Source: Rhynchopus sp. YZ270_cl-10 (Eukaryota). From it: a stretch of DNA of 64,000 nucleotides. The position numbers and the translations under genes are program-made. Below the pieces are notes generated by a model. That model did no database searches and had not been told where the DNA came from. It saw nothing but the letters and a program-made list of their open reading frames with translations. Of the stretch, positions 1 through 11,061 are shown in pieces (positions within the stretch are counted from its first letter, which is position 1; each line of letters starts with the position of its first letter). Location: contig OZ037834.1 of assembly GCA_964035575.1 (NCBI GenBank), forward strand, positions 1,240,001 through 1,304,000. The letters run 5' to 3'.

Positions 1-661
1 GGACGCTTTTTTTAAAAAAAGCAGGAAAAAGTCAAAAGTCTAAAAAGGACCAAAGATGAATATAGTGTGCCGCTCATTAGTTTCACACATCCATCCTTTG
101 AAAAAGAAAAAAAGCGAAGTAACAGTTGTATACCAAAAGGAGGGACCAAAAAAATCCAGACTTTTTTTTAAAATTCATTCCCAACAGATTTCTGCTAGCC
201 TTCAATTCAGTGCGAGGCTACTAAAATAACTGATGGGGATGCATTTTCTGCATATTTTTTTTTACCCTCTTTTTTTCGACAAAGCCTCTTGGTATAACCC
301 GGATGTGTTTGGACTAAGGTGGTATCAAACAACACCTTAAACCTAACAAAAAAATTGCTTTTTTAATATAGTTCCTTTCTCATACAAAGAACAAGATGAC
401 AGCAACAACAAAACAAAGAAAAGTATTTCAACAATACGCATTCAATAAATTGAGAGCATAGGTATAGGGACAAAATATATTCCCAAAAAGAAAAAAAAAA
501 TGAAAATACCCCACAGTGACGGGAAGAAGGGGTCGGGTTTAAAAGGGGGGGCGTTGTAATATATGAATGACCGTAGAGGTAGGTGAAGGTACCTCTCGTG
601 CACACAACAATAAAAAAAAATGCAAAGATAATGCGGAGCAAAATAAAGAAAACGTTTTTTT

Positions 662-726
662 GATAAATTGTTGGAGTAGTGTAGTTGCCTCGGGTTGTGT
701 TGCCACAGTTTGTGCAAATCTCCACT
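662..726 (-). repeat. Poly(A)-ended short retroposon-like repeat (family C)
   Basis: Ends ...CAACAATTTATC(A)n on the minus strand. Copies at ~23362, 25632, 28715/29355 (split), 59061 and 60087. Confidence 0.85.
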
Positions 727-1710
727 GTTTTTTTTTTGTGAGAAGATGATCCTAAGCCATAGTGGGCTGTGATAATTGCCTATCATAATACACAATACAG
801 CTTGCATTGTGATGTGCATTATGTATTATGATAGGATCCACTACTCATCCCTCTGGTGCTAGTCACCTGGATACAATGTTAGCAATGTGATAGTGTATGC
901 TAATCCATAGAGTACCAAAAGTAGTCAAAAAAAATCGTAGATTTTCTGCAAAAAAAAAAAAAGAACTAAATAACTCTTGTAGAGGGGAAAGGGGGGGAAA
1001 GGCGAAGCTGAAAAAGAACAACAACAAAGAAATAGAAAAAAAACCCCAGCGCCCTTCTCTCAGATGGGAGGCTTTTCGTGCATGATTTGGCCAAGGTGTG
1101 GCAACACCACCCCCTTCCCCTGGACAAATAATGAATATTTGAAATATTTGTTTGAAGTAGAGGGTTTGTATACTTTTTTTTCAGCTCCGACAGTGTTTTG
1201 TTATTTTGTTACAACAGAAAAACAGAAACCCCCACAACGGTACTCACCGGAAATAAAAACGCTCTTCAAAAAAAAAAATAGAAAAAAAAAATTATGACTC
1301 TAGCCTTTCTGTGAACAGTCTTCAAAAAAAAAAAACTAAGTCACATTACAAATGCCTTGAAATGTTGTCGACAAAAAAAATGTGTAGGTTTTCCCTCTAA
1401 AAAGAAATCAGTGTTTTTGAGCTGCGCAATAAGTGAAGCTGAACACTGGCTGAACAAAAAAGAAAGTTCGCAAGATGGATCTGCCTCTCGTACGACACCC
1501 ATCCTTTTAAAAACAACCAGCAAAGAGAGAGTAGGAACACATTTTAACGAAGAAAGACAACAAAACAAAACAAGAAAAAGCCATTTAGCCGTAAAAATAA
1601 GCACGATTTCCCCTTCATTCTAACACACCCCCATATCGATGGCTGAAGCCTGGGGGTATAAAAAGAAAAGAAGGGGCAAATCTTCTGGGGTGAATACCCA
1701 AAAGCAAAAA

Positions 1711-1778
1711 CTGTAGTTATAGATGCAGGCACCCCTCCGACTGACCTACGCACGATGCCAGCCATCCGGATGAAAGCA
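1711..1778 (-). repeat. ~65-nt dispersed element (family B)
   Basis: Further copies at ~22523-22576, 44457-44526, 51656-51716 and 52931-52990; degenerate copy at 49810-49864; same orientation. Confidence 0.88.
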
Positions 1779-1791
1779 ACAAAAAAAAAAA

Positions 1792-1860
1792 GTGAAGTTG
1801 ATAGTGCAAAACGCCCTCTGGGGCGCAGGGCACTGACACTCCGTGGGTTATCGAACCCCG
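1792..1860 (-). mobile_element. 69-nt 5'-truncated copy of the LINE 3' end (family D)
   Basis: Matches 37000-37065 including the last pol codons; A-tracts on both sides. Other copies at ~29961-30033, 44088-44142 and 54905-54960; variants at 53654-53714 and 60620-60668. Confidence 0.88.
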
Positions 1861-2326
1861 AAAAAAAAAAGGGGTTGGTATTAGATGATCACTCAATCCC
1901 TTTCTTGGTCACCTTATTTTCAATATTTTTTTTTTTGAATGAGCGCTTTTTTCTATGTATGATTTGCTTCTCGCATTTTTACCCCCCCCAAAATTGTCAA
2001 AAATGAAAAACTGGGGAGGTCACTGTGGGGGGCACCAAACCAATACAAAAAAAGGGGGGAAAAACAGTAATATGACATGATGTAGTGCAGGGAAAAAAAA
2101 GGTGCTTAAAAAAATGAAGCTTTGCAAAAAAGGGTAAAACGCCATTTGCAGACGAATTAAAACGAGAAAACTTTTCAAAAGGTTATAAGATGTACCCTAA
2201 GACTCTCATACGTATACAGCTTAGGTTGATAGGATGAGCTTAAGATTAGCCATCTAGAGAATGAGATCTCTCTTGTTTTCTTCTGCCAAAAAAAAAAAAA
2301 AAAACAACAAAGCAAATCCGGCACAT

Positions 2327-5300
2327 CTACTGCTTCTCCTCATTGTCAGATCCATCAGAGCTCCCTTCCGTCGAAGAAGCCTCTTCAACTGCCCTGCTTC
2401 TGTCCACCTTGCGAATCATAGAATTTGCTGCATGCCATGTTATGAAGAACGTTGCGTTCGAGATAAGAGCGCTTGCAAACAAAATCCAACACCCATCCAT
2501 CAGCTGCGTCTTCACACGGAAGCACTCCTTCGAAGGCAAGCCAATTGGGTCCGCGGTTGCGTCAATCATCCCTTGAATTCCCATGGACGTACACATTGAG
2601 GTTCCCATAAACTGCGCAAAGTTGGGCAGTTCCAATAAAGCAACGATTAACGCAACAACGAAGACCTCTAACGCACTCCACGCAGCGACAATCTCATTGA
2701 TAAAGAACAGAAGCTTTTGCCTTTTCCGGGTTAATGGTGCGGCCCAAAGAATTGCCAGGCTGATGTTCTGGATTAATGGCATCATGAAAGCGAAGATGAT
2801 GAAGGTGACCATAGTATAGCCGTATCCAATATGCTGCACTGCGCCGGAAGGGGCCTCTTCGTACATCGCCGTAGCGAGGGTTAAAACGGAGTGGGACGTC
2901 TTCAGATTGGGAGAATCGAAGAAGGTCAACACCATCCCCGCGATTGCTTCGAATTCAAACTGAAATGACTCAACGGACGCCCCCCAATACAGCAACGCAG
3001 TGCTAAAGAGAAGCAAGAACAAAACCCCTACCCCAACCCCACAGTCAGATTTAATGGAGCTCCAGCGGAAGATCGCAGCAAAGCTTGAAGTAGATTCGAA
3101 AACACCGTTGCTCTTTTCGCGGAACATACAGAGAACACGCTTTTCATCATCACCCTTCCCAATATCAAACCAAGAAGTATGGTGACGACGTGCAAATGAG
3201 TCGTTCGGGGTGTCGCTTTTGTGAAGCACCTTTCCATTATGCGTTGCTTTATACCGATCATCAAATGCAAGAGCATTTCTATGATACACAATCTGAACGT
3301 GGTTTAACAGCAAAGTAGAAATCGCTGCAGTTAAAAACGCGTAAACCCCCCAATCCGGCTGCACCTCAAGATCTGCTGCCAAAAAGTCTTTCGGCAAGAA
3401 TGACCAAACCTCCGGAGGAACCAAATGGAATCTAAACGAAACCATCATAATGGCCTGCAAGAAGTTGTCTGTCAGACTCCATTTTCCTAAGAAGTCGATG
3501 ATACGCAGCATGGTCCCTCTCCGTTCAGCAGGGAGCACGATGTCATCCGCAAACCAGCAGAACATCAACAAAAACAGCTTCATATACGGCCACACCCCGG
3601 AGGTAATCGAAATCACCACTGCAAGCAGCCTCGCGTTTCCGTTCCACGTATCTGTCACTGTAGACGCCAAATTGTAGGTATACACATTCTTAAAATCCAC
3701 CTCCGCCCCCGCAAGCTTAATCGACGCTGCAACAGACGCACCAAGGGTGATGTTTCCTGTGAAGAAGACTGTCACAGCAAGCAGCACTAAGAGGGGGAAA
3801 AGGTAGCGCATGGTGTCAGACATGGTTTCGTGGTGCACCAATGGGTCCACTTCCTCACTGCCACCATAGCGTGTGATGAGTCTCTGGAAGAGCCCTGTGT
3901 GGATGCGGTGCTTGGTGCGTGTAGAGAGCTCGCCTTCTGCGCCTTCGTCTTCATCGTCGACAATGAGAGAGGAGCATTCGTTGTTCTGCACAGCCTGTGC
4001 AGGGTTTGATGCCCTCCTTTCACGGTACTTCGCAACATTGCGTGCCCTAGTCTTCCTTGCAACCCTCCCACAAATGACAATCAACAACAAAATAGAGCCA
4101 CTGCTAATGACCAACCCATAAATCAACGTGTAGGTCTGCTTTTGAGTGATCTGCCCGCCATCAGGAACGGCAGGGGTCGGTGCTGGGGTGGGCGGGGTTG
4201 GGTCGGGTCCTCCGGTGCACTGTGCTCCTGAGGCTTGGATCGCTGTGTCGATGACGGCCTGCATTTGTTCCCGTCGAAGGACGGAGCCGATCAGGCCATT
4301 TTCGGAAAGAATCGCGGTGTTAAAGAAATCGGTCAGTTCCTTACGCCCTGCTTCTGAACGAAGCGATTCGGACAACGCATCCATTCCTGGGGTTCCATCT
4401 TCCTTGAGGACGTCGACGTCAATGAGCAGTTCTGTACCCAAATAAGCGGCAAATGAGGGTACAGCAAGCCCCTCCTGTGTTGCAAAGAGAGAGGCAGCGC
4501 AGCCAGCCTTCGCCAACCCATCTAATGTCATATCCGCAAGCCTCGTTTGCTTCACCTTTGTTTGTGTTGTCACATTTATCGCAAATTGCGCCAAAGAAAT
4601 GGACACATTAAGAATCGTATCGTAATGAGTGGTCTTCACATCAGCGCTCTTCGGCTGCAGCGATTTCATTGAAATTTGTGTGACCAAGGTAAGGTTTTGT
4701 AACACAATGTGGTGCTTCAATGCATATCCATTGCTTTTAACAGGGAGGAAGACCTGCATAACGTTTACCGCATCAAGCCCGGACACACGAATACCGTGTA
4801 CCCCTAATGCCATTGGACCTACCCCAGCATCAATTGAAACATTTGAATCGATAACCAAAGGAACATCAAGAGTTCCCTCAAAAAGCATGCGGGACACATT
4901 GTTTACGGTAGGCGAATACTGCTGAAGAACTCTGTCCGGTCCGATGGAGGGAAGCCCCCCCAAAAAGGTGTTCGCACCCCACGCTACGAGAGAGACCACC
5001 TTGCCACCTACTGTGGTAGAATCGTTGAAAAGGATGTACTCTGGTTCGGCTGTTGCCTGGAGGAGTCCTGATGAGGAGGATGGAATGCACTTCGCGCTTT
5101 TTGTGGTCTGGTTAATGTACTTCCCAAACTCCTCCTTCAAAAAGAAATCAACCAAAGGCACCATCTCAAAAGAAATCGCCGGAAGAGCCGGGAGCAGTAT
5201 CGGGCGAATCAAATAATCTTCCAAAAGGGTGCTAGCCTCATCGAACAGAGCCGACCCTTTGACAGCAATTTTTTTGATATCAGCGGTGGCAATGAAGAGA

Positions 5301-6589
5301 GAGGTGATACGAAGGTATTTAAGAGGGAACGTTGCGCATTCTGGGGTCGATGCGACATCAATGAGATTCTCAATCGTAAGGTTGCCGATGCCAGAAGTGT
5401 CAACCAAAAGCACTGCAGTGAAATTTGCCACAAAATTGGTGATCTCATCGACAGAAAGCGAAACCGTCTGGGTGGTGGTGTAGCCAGTCAAATCATTCTG
5501 CAGGCCAATCTCCACATCCACCTCGGCAGAGAGGTTCGCAAACCCAATCGACCCAAACACCGCATTCGGCGCCTCTCCAGGATACATCTTCAATACAAGA
5601 TTGTCGACAGACGCGAACCCCATCAAATCCGCGCTTTTCACTGCAAAATGTGTCACCGTAATTTGAGGTCCAACCTTCACCCCTAGAGGAAGCGCTGAAG
5701 ACGAAGACGAAGATGACACCCTCTGAGAGCTCTCAGACACTTCTTCGGACCCCCAGATGCCTTTGTTCAGTGCAGTGAGACCGAGCTCGGTGAGGGTGGA
5801 AGGGATGGGTGTTCCTAGAGCGGAGGAGATAGCATTGAGTGCATCAGGCCCGTTGAGGGTGGCCACCGAAGCACCAAAGAGGTCTGTGACCAAGTCTGCG
5901 GCACGCTCTGCAACAAGAGAATCGCTGAAGGCTGCAAAGTGTTTCATTGTGTCCGATCCGAGACGTGCCTCGAGGTCTGCCTCTTCAGATTTAACCAGGG
6001 TGACTTCGTTTTGCTCTCCAACGTTTGTTATGGCACCTTCCGCTTTGTTTACTAACGAATCCAACATAGATTCTACCTTTGCAGTAAGAAGGGTTGTCTC
6101 GCAGACCTTTTCTTTGACCTTCTTTTCGACTTCGCGGGCAACTTCGTAACGTACGATTCCGCCCATTTCTATGCCGTCGATGCTGAGGGTGTGGAGGGTC
6201 AGTTTCAACTCGCAGGTCACCACCTCAGCAGCAACGGAGGAGTTGGAGAAGAGGCGAGGGGGTGTGATGGAGAGGGCAATGTCGGTGTCGATCTTCATTT
6301 CGGCGGAGGCCTGTTGGAGGGTCGCGTTGTGCTTGTTGTGCAGATCCCCGGCCACAGAGATGTCAAAGACGGTCGCCACACCAACAGCGTTCTTCGCATC
6401 TGGGCCAGAGAGGACAGCAGACGTAACGGAAAGGTTCCCGATCAACCCTTCGAAGGTGTAGTCGCCAAGAAGGCCGAGGTTCAAGTCGTATTCGCCGGAG
6501 TCGAGTTCGACACCCTCAACGAGTTTGTCGAAGACCGTGAAGTCCTGTGCCGCTGCACATTGCGACAGCAATAAAACAATCAAATTCAT
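2327..6589 (-). CDS. Large membrane protein: signal peptide, BPI/LBP (TULIP)-like ectodomain, C-terminal tandem PqiA-like multi-TM modules
   Basis: 1420-aa ORF. Hydrophobic N-terminus; ...EVEKKVKEKVCETTL... resembles the BPI N-domain; PT-rich linker and TM; motifs GKWSLTD and AAWSALEVFVVALIV resemble the PqiA WSMxDVF motif twice. Confidence 0.7.
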   Translation of the reverse strand: MNLIVLLLSQCAAAQDFTVFDKLVEGVELDSGEYDLNLGLLGDYTFEGLIGNLSVTSAVLSGPDAKNAVGVATVFDISVAGDLHNKHNATLQQASAEMKIDTDIALSITPPRLFSNSSVAAEVVTCELKLTLHTLSIDGIEMGGIVRYEVAREVEKKVKEKVCETTLLTAKVESMLDSLVNKAEGAITNVGEQNEVTLVKSEEADLEARLGSDTMKHFAAFSDSLVAERAADLVTDLFGASVATLNGPDALNAISSALGTPIPSTLTELGLTALNKGIWGSEEVSESSQRVSSSSSSSALPLGVKVGPQITVTHFAVKSADLMGFASVDNLVLKMYPGEAPNAVFGSIGFANLSAEVDVEIGLQNDLTGYTTTQTVSLSVDEITNFVANFTAVLLVDTSGIGNLTIENLIDVASTPECATFPLKYLRITSLFIATADIKKIAVKGSALFDEASTLLEDYLIRPILLPALPAISFEMVPLVDFFLKEEFGKYINQTTKSAKCIPSSSSGLLQATAEPEYILFNDSTTVGGKVVSLVAWGANTFLGGLPSIGPDRVLQQYSPTVNNVSRMLFEGTLDVPLVIDSNVSIDAGVGPMALGVHGIRVSGLDAVNVMQVFLPVKSNGYALKHHIVLQNLTLVTQISMKSLQPKSADVKTTHYDTILNVSISLAQFAINVTTQTKVKQTRLADMTLDGLAKAGCAASLFATQEGLAVPSFAAYLGTELLIDVDVLKEDGTPGMDALSESLRSEAGRKELTDFFNTAILSENGLIGSVLRREQMQAVIDTAIQASGAQCTGGPDPTPPTPAPTPAVPDGGQITQKQTYTLIYGLVISSGSILLLIVICGRVARKTRARNVAKYRERRASNPAQAVQNNECSSLIVDDEDEGAEGELSTRTKHRIHTGLFQRLITRYGGSEEVDPLVHHETMSDTMRYLFPLLVLLAVTVFFTGNITLGASVAASIKLAGAEVDFKNVYTYNLASTVTDTWNGNARLLAVVISITSGVWPYMKLFLLMFCWFADDIVLPAERRGTMLRIIDFLGKWSLTDNFLQAIMMVSFRFHLVPPEVWSFLPKDFLAADLEVQPDWGVYAFLTAAISTLLLNHVQIVYHRNALAFDDRYKATHNGKVLHKSDTPNDSFARRHHTSWFDIGKGDDEKRVLCMFREKSNGVFESTSSFAAIFRWSSIKSDCGVGVGVLFLLLFSTALLYWGASVESFQFEFEAIAGMVLTFFDSPNLKTSHSVLTLATAMYEEAPSGAVQHIGYGYTMVTFIIFAFMMPLIQNISLAILWAAPLTRKRQKLLFFINEIVAAWSALEVFVVALIVALLELPNFAQFMGTSMCTSMGIQGMIDATADPIGLPSKECFRVKTQLMDGCWILFASALISNATFFITWHAANSMIRKVDRSRAVEEASSTEGSSDGSDNEEKQ

Positions 6590-7858
6590 GTTGTAGTTTT
6601 GTGTAGTTTCACACTATATTGGGTTGTGAGTTAGAGAGGAAACCTTCAGATGGTATAATAGAAAGAGAGTGGTGGTGGTGCCTTACTTTTTTTCCGTTTG
6701 TTTTCGCTATTTTCTCTTGTGCACTGGTAAACGTGTTAAAATAAATCCTTTTCTTTTTCGCAGCATTCGTCCCGCTGTGTTTTTTCACAGATGCTCTCTA
6801 ATCACCTTTGCTCCCTCCCCTCACACAGTGTGGTTCCTACTTTCGTTCTCGTTCTTTTTGTTCGTGTGTCTCTGCCTTCAAAAAGCAAGGACGCAGAAAA
6901 TTGGTTGATTTTGCACGCGTTTGTCGTCCCCGAAACATCAGATGGACAACAACACCGCACACAAAACCCAAACAGGAATAGGAACCGAGCTGTAGGGGGG
7001 TGGGTAAAAGAAGAGAACAACAACGACACACAGGACTGCATACAAAAACAGAGGTGGAACCCATACCATCCCAGCCCCACTGCCAGGGATATATGATCGC
7101 GACACACAATACGGGTGTGAAGACGACCGCTTGGGCACACGCGACAATGTCAAAAAAAGAGATGATAAAAAAGACGCAAAAACAACCAAAAATAACGACG
7201 TTAACAGATGCATGGACCCCGCGGACACATGCCATCTAAAATAAAATACAACAAAATAGAAAAAAAATAAGGCATAGTTGAAGCGGACGTGGATGTCTCG
7301 TGCTGATAAAGACAAGAAGAGGGACATGGGATGGGAAGGCAGCAAGGGTTGTTGTCGTCCTTTGGACAGGCTCAGGCATATGATATGATACATAACATAG
7401 CCTTCTCTCCTATTTCACGTTTCAGCCCCCAGTTGACACAGCATCGTCCGCACAAGCTTTGTGGGAACGTGTGTTGTGTGCAACAGGAAAACAGCAACAG
7501 ACAGGGATGGAGCGGGAGCGGGGACAGGGCCGGGGTACAACTGAACGCCCGGACATCTGTCCCACACACACTACACACATCCATCCCCACGTCTGTTGTG
7601 AAACGCTATCCAAAAAAACGCAGCTGCACTTCCCCAGCACAGTGGGCATCACAAAAGAAAGAAACAAAACAAAGGGGAAACAAAGAAAACGAAGAGACGG
7701 GCTGAAAACAAAGTGCAGGGCGCTTCTTTTGTTGCGGCACGAGACACTTGTCAACAGCAGAAGAAGATAACAACGCGTTTAATAAAAGAAAAGAGAAGCA
7801 ACAAAGACACAGCACAGTGTCGGTCAGTCACTCCCCGGACCCTGTGGACGCATCACAC

Positions 7859-9295
7859 TCACGCCAGGGCCGCGCTGTACGCACACCTCCCTGCCACACA
7901 CTGTGGCACGCGTGCGGGGCAGTCGCATGTGCTGATGAACCTGCTGCTGCCGAAGCACTCCACAAGGACATCCTTCTTCGCGCTGAATGCGGCCATCTCG
8001 GCGTCTGTCGCACGCACACTCGCAAGCAGGTTCCTGGTGCACCCACAGCTCGTTCCCACCAGCGGGCGTGCCGGCTCGCATTCGGCACTCTCCCTGCAGG
8101 TCTGCACGGTGGTGAGGGCGGCTTCGTACTCTGCCTCCGCGGTGCTGCAAACAGAAACAATAGGTGCGGGATGTGTGCCCACAAGGTTGTGCGCACACAT
8201 ACCCGCGTCCGTGCACCTGAAGCCGTCAGAGGCCGGGCAGTCGCAGATGGTGATCAGGGGTCCGTTGCAGGTCTGGTACTGTCCGAGCAGGGTGTTAAAC
8301 GTCGCCAGGTCGGTTGCACTCAGGTCAGCACGTGCCACCTTGTTGCGTGTGCATCCACAGCCGGTTCCGGACAGCACAGTGCCACAGTCGGCTGCTGCCG
8401 AGCAGGTCTGGATTCTCGCCAGGAATGCGGTGTAGTCGGCCGTGATCTCGTCACAGGTCGGCTCCGGCACAGGCACGGGCACAGGCGCAGTCACAAAGTT
8501 GTGTGCACACACACCCGCGTCCGTGCACCTGAAGCCGTCAGAGGCCGGGCAGTCGCAGATGGTGATCAGAGGGCCGTTGCAGGTCTGGTACTGTCCGAGC
8601 AGGGTGTTAAACGTCGCCAGGTCGGTTGCACTCAGGTCAGCACGTGCCACCTTGTTGCGTGTGCATCCACAGCCGGTCCCGGACAGCACAGTGCCACAGT
8701 CGGCTGCTGCCGAGCAGGTCTGGATTCTCGCCAGGAATGCGTTGTAGTCAGTTGTGATCTCGTCACAGGTCGGCTCCGGCACAGGAACGGGCACAGGTGC
8801 AGTCACAAGGTTGAACGAGCAGCGGTTCTCCGAGCACTTGAAGCCAGAGGCAGCCGGGCAGTCGCAGGTCGAGAGGAAGCTGCCACCACAGGCTGAGTAC
8901 TGCGCCTTCAGGGCCTCGAAATCTGCCACCTGCTGTGCGGTCAGGTCAGCACGTGCCACCAGGTTGCGTGTGCACCCACAGCTTGTTCCGGTCAGCACAG
9001 TGCCACACTCGCTCGCAGTGTCGCAGGTCTGGATGGTCGCAAGGTAGCTGGTGAAGTCGGCTTTGATCTCGTCACAGGTGGGTGCGGGCTCAGCACTCCA
9101 GTCGCAGAAGCCCGCTGCAGTGCACGTTGCGACACCACCGCAGAGCTGGACCCCAATGTGCCGCATGCACTTCGCATCGTTGTGGCAGCGCACCGTCGAC
9201 ATCAGGCGCGGCACCAACGACGTGCACAGGTGGCTTGCGCTCGCAACATCCACACACGCTGAGAGCAGCAGCACCGACGCAACTGTGGCACGCAT
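7859..9295 (-). CDS. Secreted cysteine-rich protein with four ~100-aa repeats
   Basis: 478-aa ORF with signal peptide. Repeated core GTxCGCTRN...TxCDCPA; repeats 2 and 3 are almost identical in DNA with a 312-bp period. Confidence 0.85.
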   Translation of the reverse strand: MRATVASVLLLSACVDVASASHLCTSLVPRLMSTVRCHNDAKCMRHIGVQLCGGVATCTAAGFCDWSAEPAPTCDEIKADFTSYLATIQTCDTASECGTVLTGTSCGCTRNLVARADLTAQQVADFEALKAQYSACGGSFLSTCDCPAASGFKCSENRCSFNLVTAPVPVPVPEPTCDEITTDYNAFLARIQTCSAAADCGTVLSGTGCGCTRNKVARADLSATDLATFNTLLGQYQTCNGPLITICDCPASDGFRCTDAGVCAHNFVTAPVPVPVPEPTCDEITADYTAFLARIQTCSAAADCGTVLSGTGCGCTRNKVARADLSATDLATFNTLLGQYQTCNGPLITICDCPASDGFRCTDAGMCAHNLVGTHPAPIVSVCSTAEAEYEAALTTVQTCRESAECEPARPLVGTSCGCTRNLLASVRATDAEMAAFSAKKDVLVECFGSSRFISTCDCPARVPQCVAGRCAYSAALA

Positions 9296-9699
9296 TGTAG
9301 ACTGGGGTGGAGGTATGTGTCTTTACGTTTTCAGATCTGTGGTGTGTAATGTGAGTTGGAAAATGACGATAAGACGGAGACGAAAACCTCGTACTACAAG
9401 CCAAGAAAAACCAAGTGAAATATGGCAATCAGGCGAAATCAATACTTGAGGGGGTTGGGGTGGAAACTACGCCATCCCAACACCCACAACGATCAGGGGC
9501 AAAACACAAAAGACTTAAGGGGGACAATCATGTTCTTTTGTTCAGTTCTCAGGTCCAAAAAATTCTTGTAAAAGAAAGGTTTTTTTTGGCAAGATTAAAC
9601 AATACTACAGCAAATCATTAACATCTAACCGGGGCCGATTCATCATTTTTTTAACCATGGCAACTCTCATCAGAACAACATCGTACACCCCCCCGCCCT

Positions 9700-11061
9700 T
9701 CACCCTACCGGCACCGACACAGCGTTCCGCCGCCCCCCCTTCTCCACCGCCACCTCTGGGAAGTGCTCCCCTATCAACTCCGACAGCGGCTTCTCAAAAT
9801 ACTCATCCAGCTGCACTATGCTCGTTAGTCGTGGTATCGCTTTGCCGCCACCACTGCTATTTGCCCCACCCCCTAAGCCGGGCGTGACGGAACAGACAAC
9901 GTTAACAATCGATTCATGCAACGACGCAGGAAGCATCGAACAGAGCACCGAGATCAACCCGAGAGGGTACGTACCTGTGTTTAGCATTAACGCGCTGAGT
10001 TGGAGGGAGACAAAACTCTCGGTTTTGACTAAGGAATGCCTGGGAAAGAGACAGGCCACTTTCAACACTGCTGCTGGGCTTGTAGATGCCTGCGCCAACG
10101 CAGAGAGCGACGTTACGTCAACATCAGTAGAAAGACATAATGGGTGTTCCAGCGCAGTGCACGCACGGTTCGGCATGACCCCCAACAAGGTGCTCAGGAT
10201 CACACACGATGGATTCACCTTCCCCCGAATCACCCTCGCCACCTCTTGAAACTGTGCAGGCAAACACCCTAATATCAACAAATCCACCGACTCCGCGATG
10301 GCTTCATTATTAAAACAAATTTTCACCCCCTCCTGAGCATACGCCGGAAGCGACGAAGGCTGTCGTGTCGAAACTGACAAACAGGTTGCGTGAAATAACC
10401 GCGATGAAACCAACCCTTCTAAAATCTGTGTCCCGATGGTTCCACACCCGATAATGCCTATACTCAGCTGAGAAGGGATTGCAACAGAAACAGACGGCCA
10501 GGTAGATGAATTAAACGCTTTTAATAGTCTCCCTGCCCGAACATCGGGGGGGATGGAACGATCGGTGCTGACTGCGAGGGCTTGGGTGAAACGGTGTTTT
10601 GCACCTCTCATGACGTTCGCTACATAACAACATTGATGTACTATCGTCTGCACCACCAATGGATGTAGTGGTACACACGTTGCCAACCCTTTATCTAACA
10701 TCGCTGACAACGCGCACTGTTTCAACAACTCAAAGCTGACAGCGCGATCTAAACGGAGTTCCTCCTTCTTTTTCGAGAATTTCTGCGGTTTGCGGTCGGG
10801 GATGTTGCTTCTCCCTCCCCCTCCCCCGGGTACCTTGCCACGCACTTCAGCGGCCCGCATCTCAGACACCATCGCAATAACAGGAGACTGCGTGATGTCT
10901 GCCGCAGCGTCGTCGGGGAGAGCTGGAGGAGGTAGTGTCGAGACCTCTGCTGTGTGTCCATGCTGGTGCATGTGGTCGGTGGGGGCGGCATGTGTGCATG
11001 TCCCATTATTCGCATTGACAACCCGAGGCACGTCAATAGACGCCTGTTGCGAGTTGCTCAT
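9700..11061 (-). CDS. NADP-dependent oxidoreductase, NOXRED1 / pyrroline-5-carboxylate-reductase-like
   Basis: Rossmann IGIIGCGTIG followed by VSTRQP, ICFNNE and LILGCLPAQF, the pattern typical of NOXRED1-like proteins. Confidence 0.7.
   Translation of the reverse strand: MSNSQQASIDVPRVVNANNGTCTHAAPTDHMHQHGHTAEVSTLPPPALPDDAAADITQSPVIAMVSEMRAAEVRGKVPGGGGGRSNIPDRKPQKFSKKKEELRLDRAVSFELLKQCALSAMLDKGLATCVPLHPLVVQTIVHQCCYVANVMRGAKHRFTQALAVSTDRSIPPDVRAGRLLKAFNSSTWPSVSVAIPSQLSIGIIGCGTIGTQILEGLVSSRLFHATCLSVSTRQPSSLPAYAQEGVKICFNNEAIAESVDLLILGCLPAQFQEVARVIRGKVNPSCVILSTLLGVMPNRACTALEHPLCLSTDVDVTSLSALAQASTSPAAVLKVACLFPRHSLVKTESFVSLQLSALMLNTGTYPLGLISVLCSMLPASLHESIVNVVCSVTPGLGGGANSSGGGKAIPRLTSIVQLDEYFEKPLSELIGEHFPEVAVEKGGRRNAVSVPVG

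Noticed and set aside
1711..1778. Hammerhead, group II domain V or C/D snoRNA identity for families A and B
   Set aside because: No intact CUGANGA/GAAA core with the required stems, no AGC triad geometry, and no correctly placed C and D boxes by eye.
7713..9449. Plus-strand ORFs overlapping genes (also 23951-24952, 32210-33464, 39745-41157)
   Set aside because: Antisense shadows of GC-rich minus-strand CDSs with no recognisable motifs.
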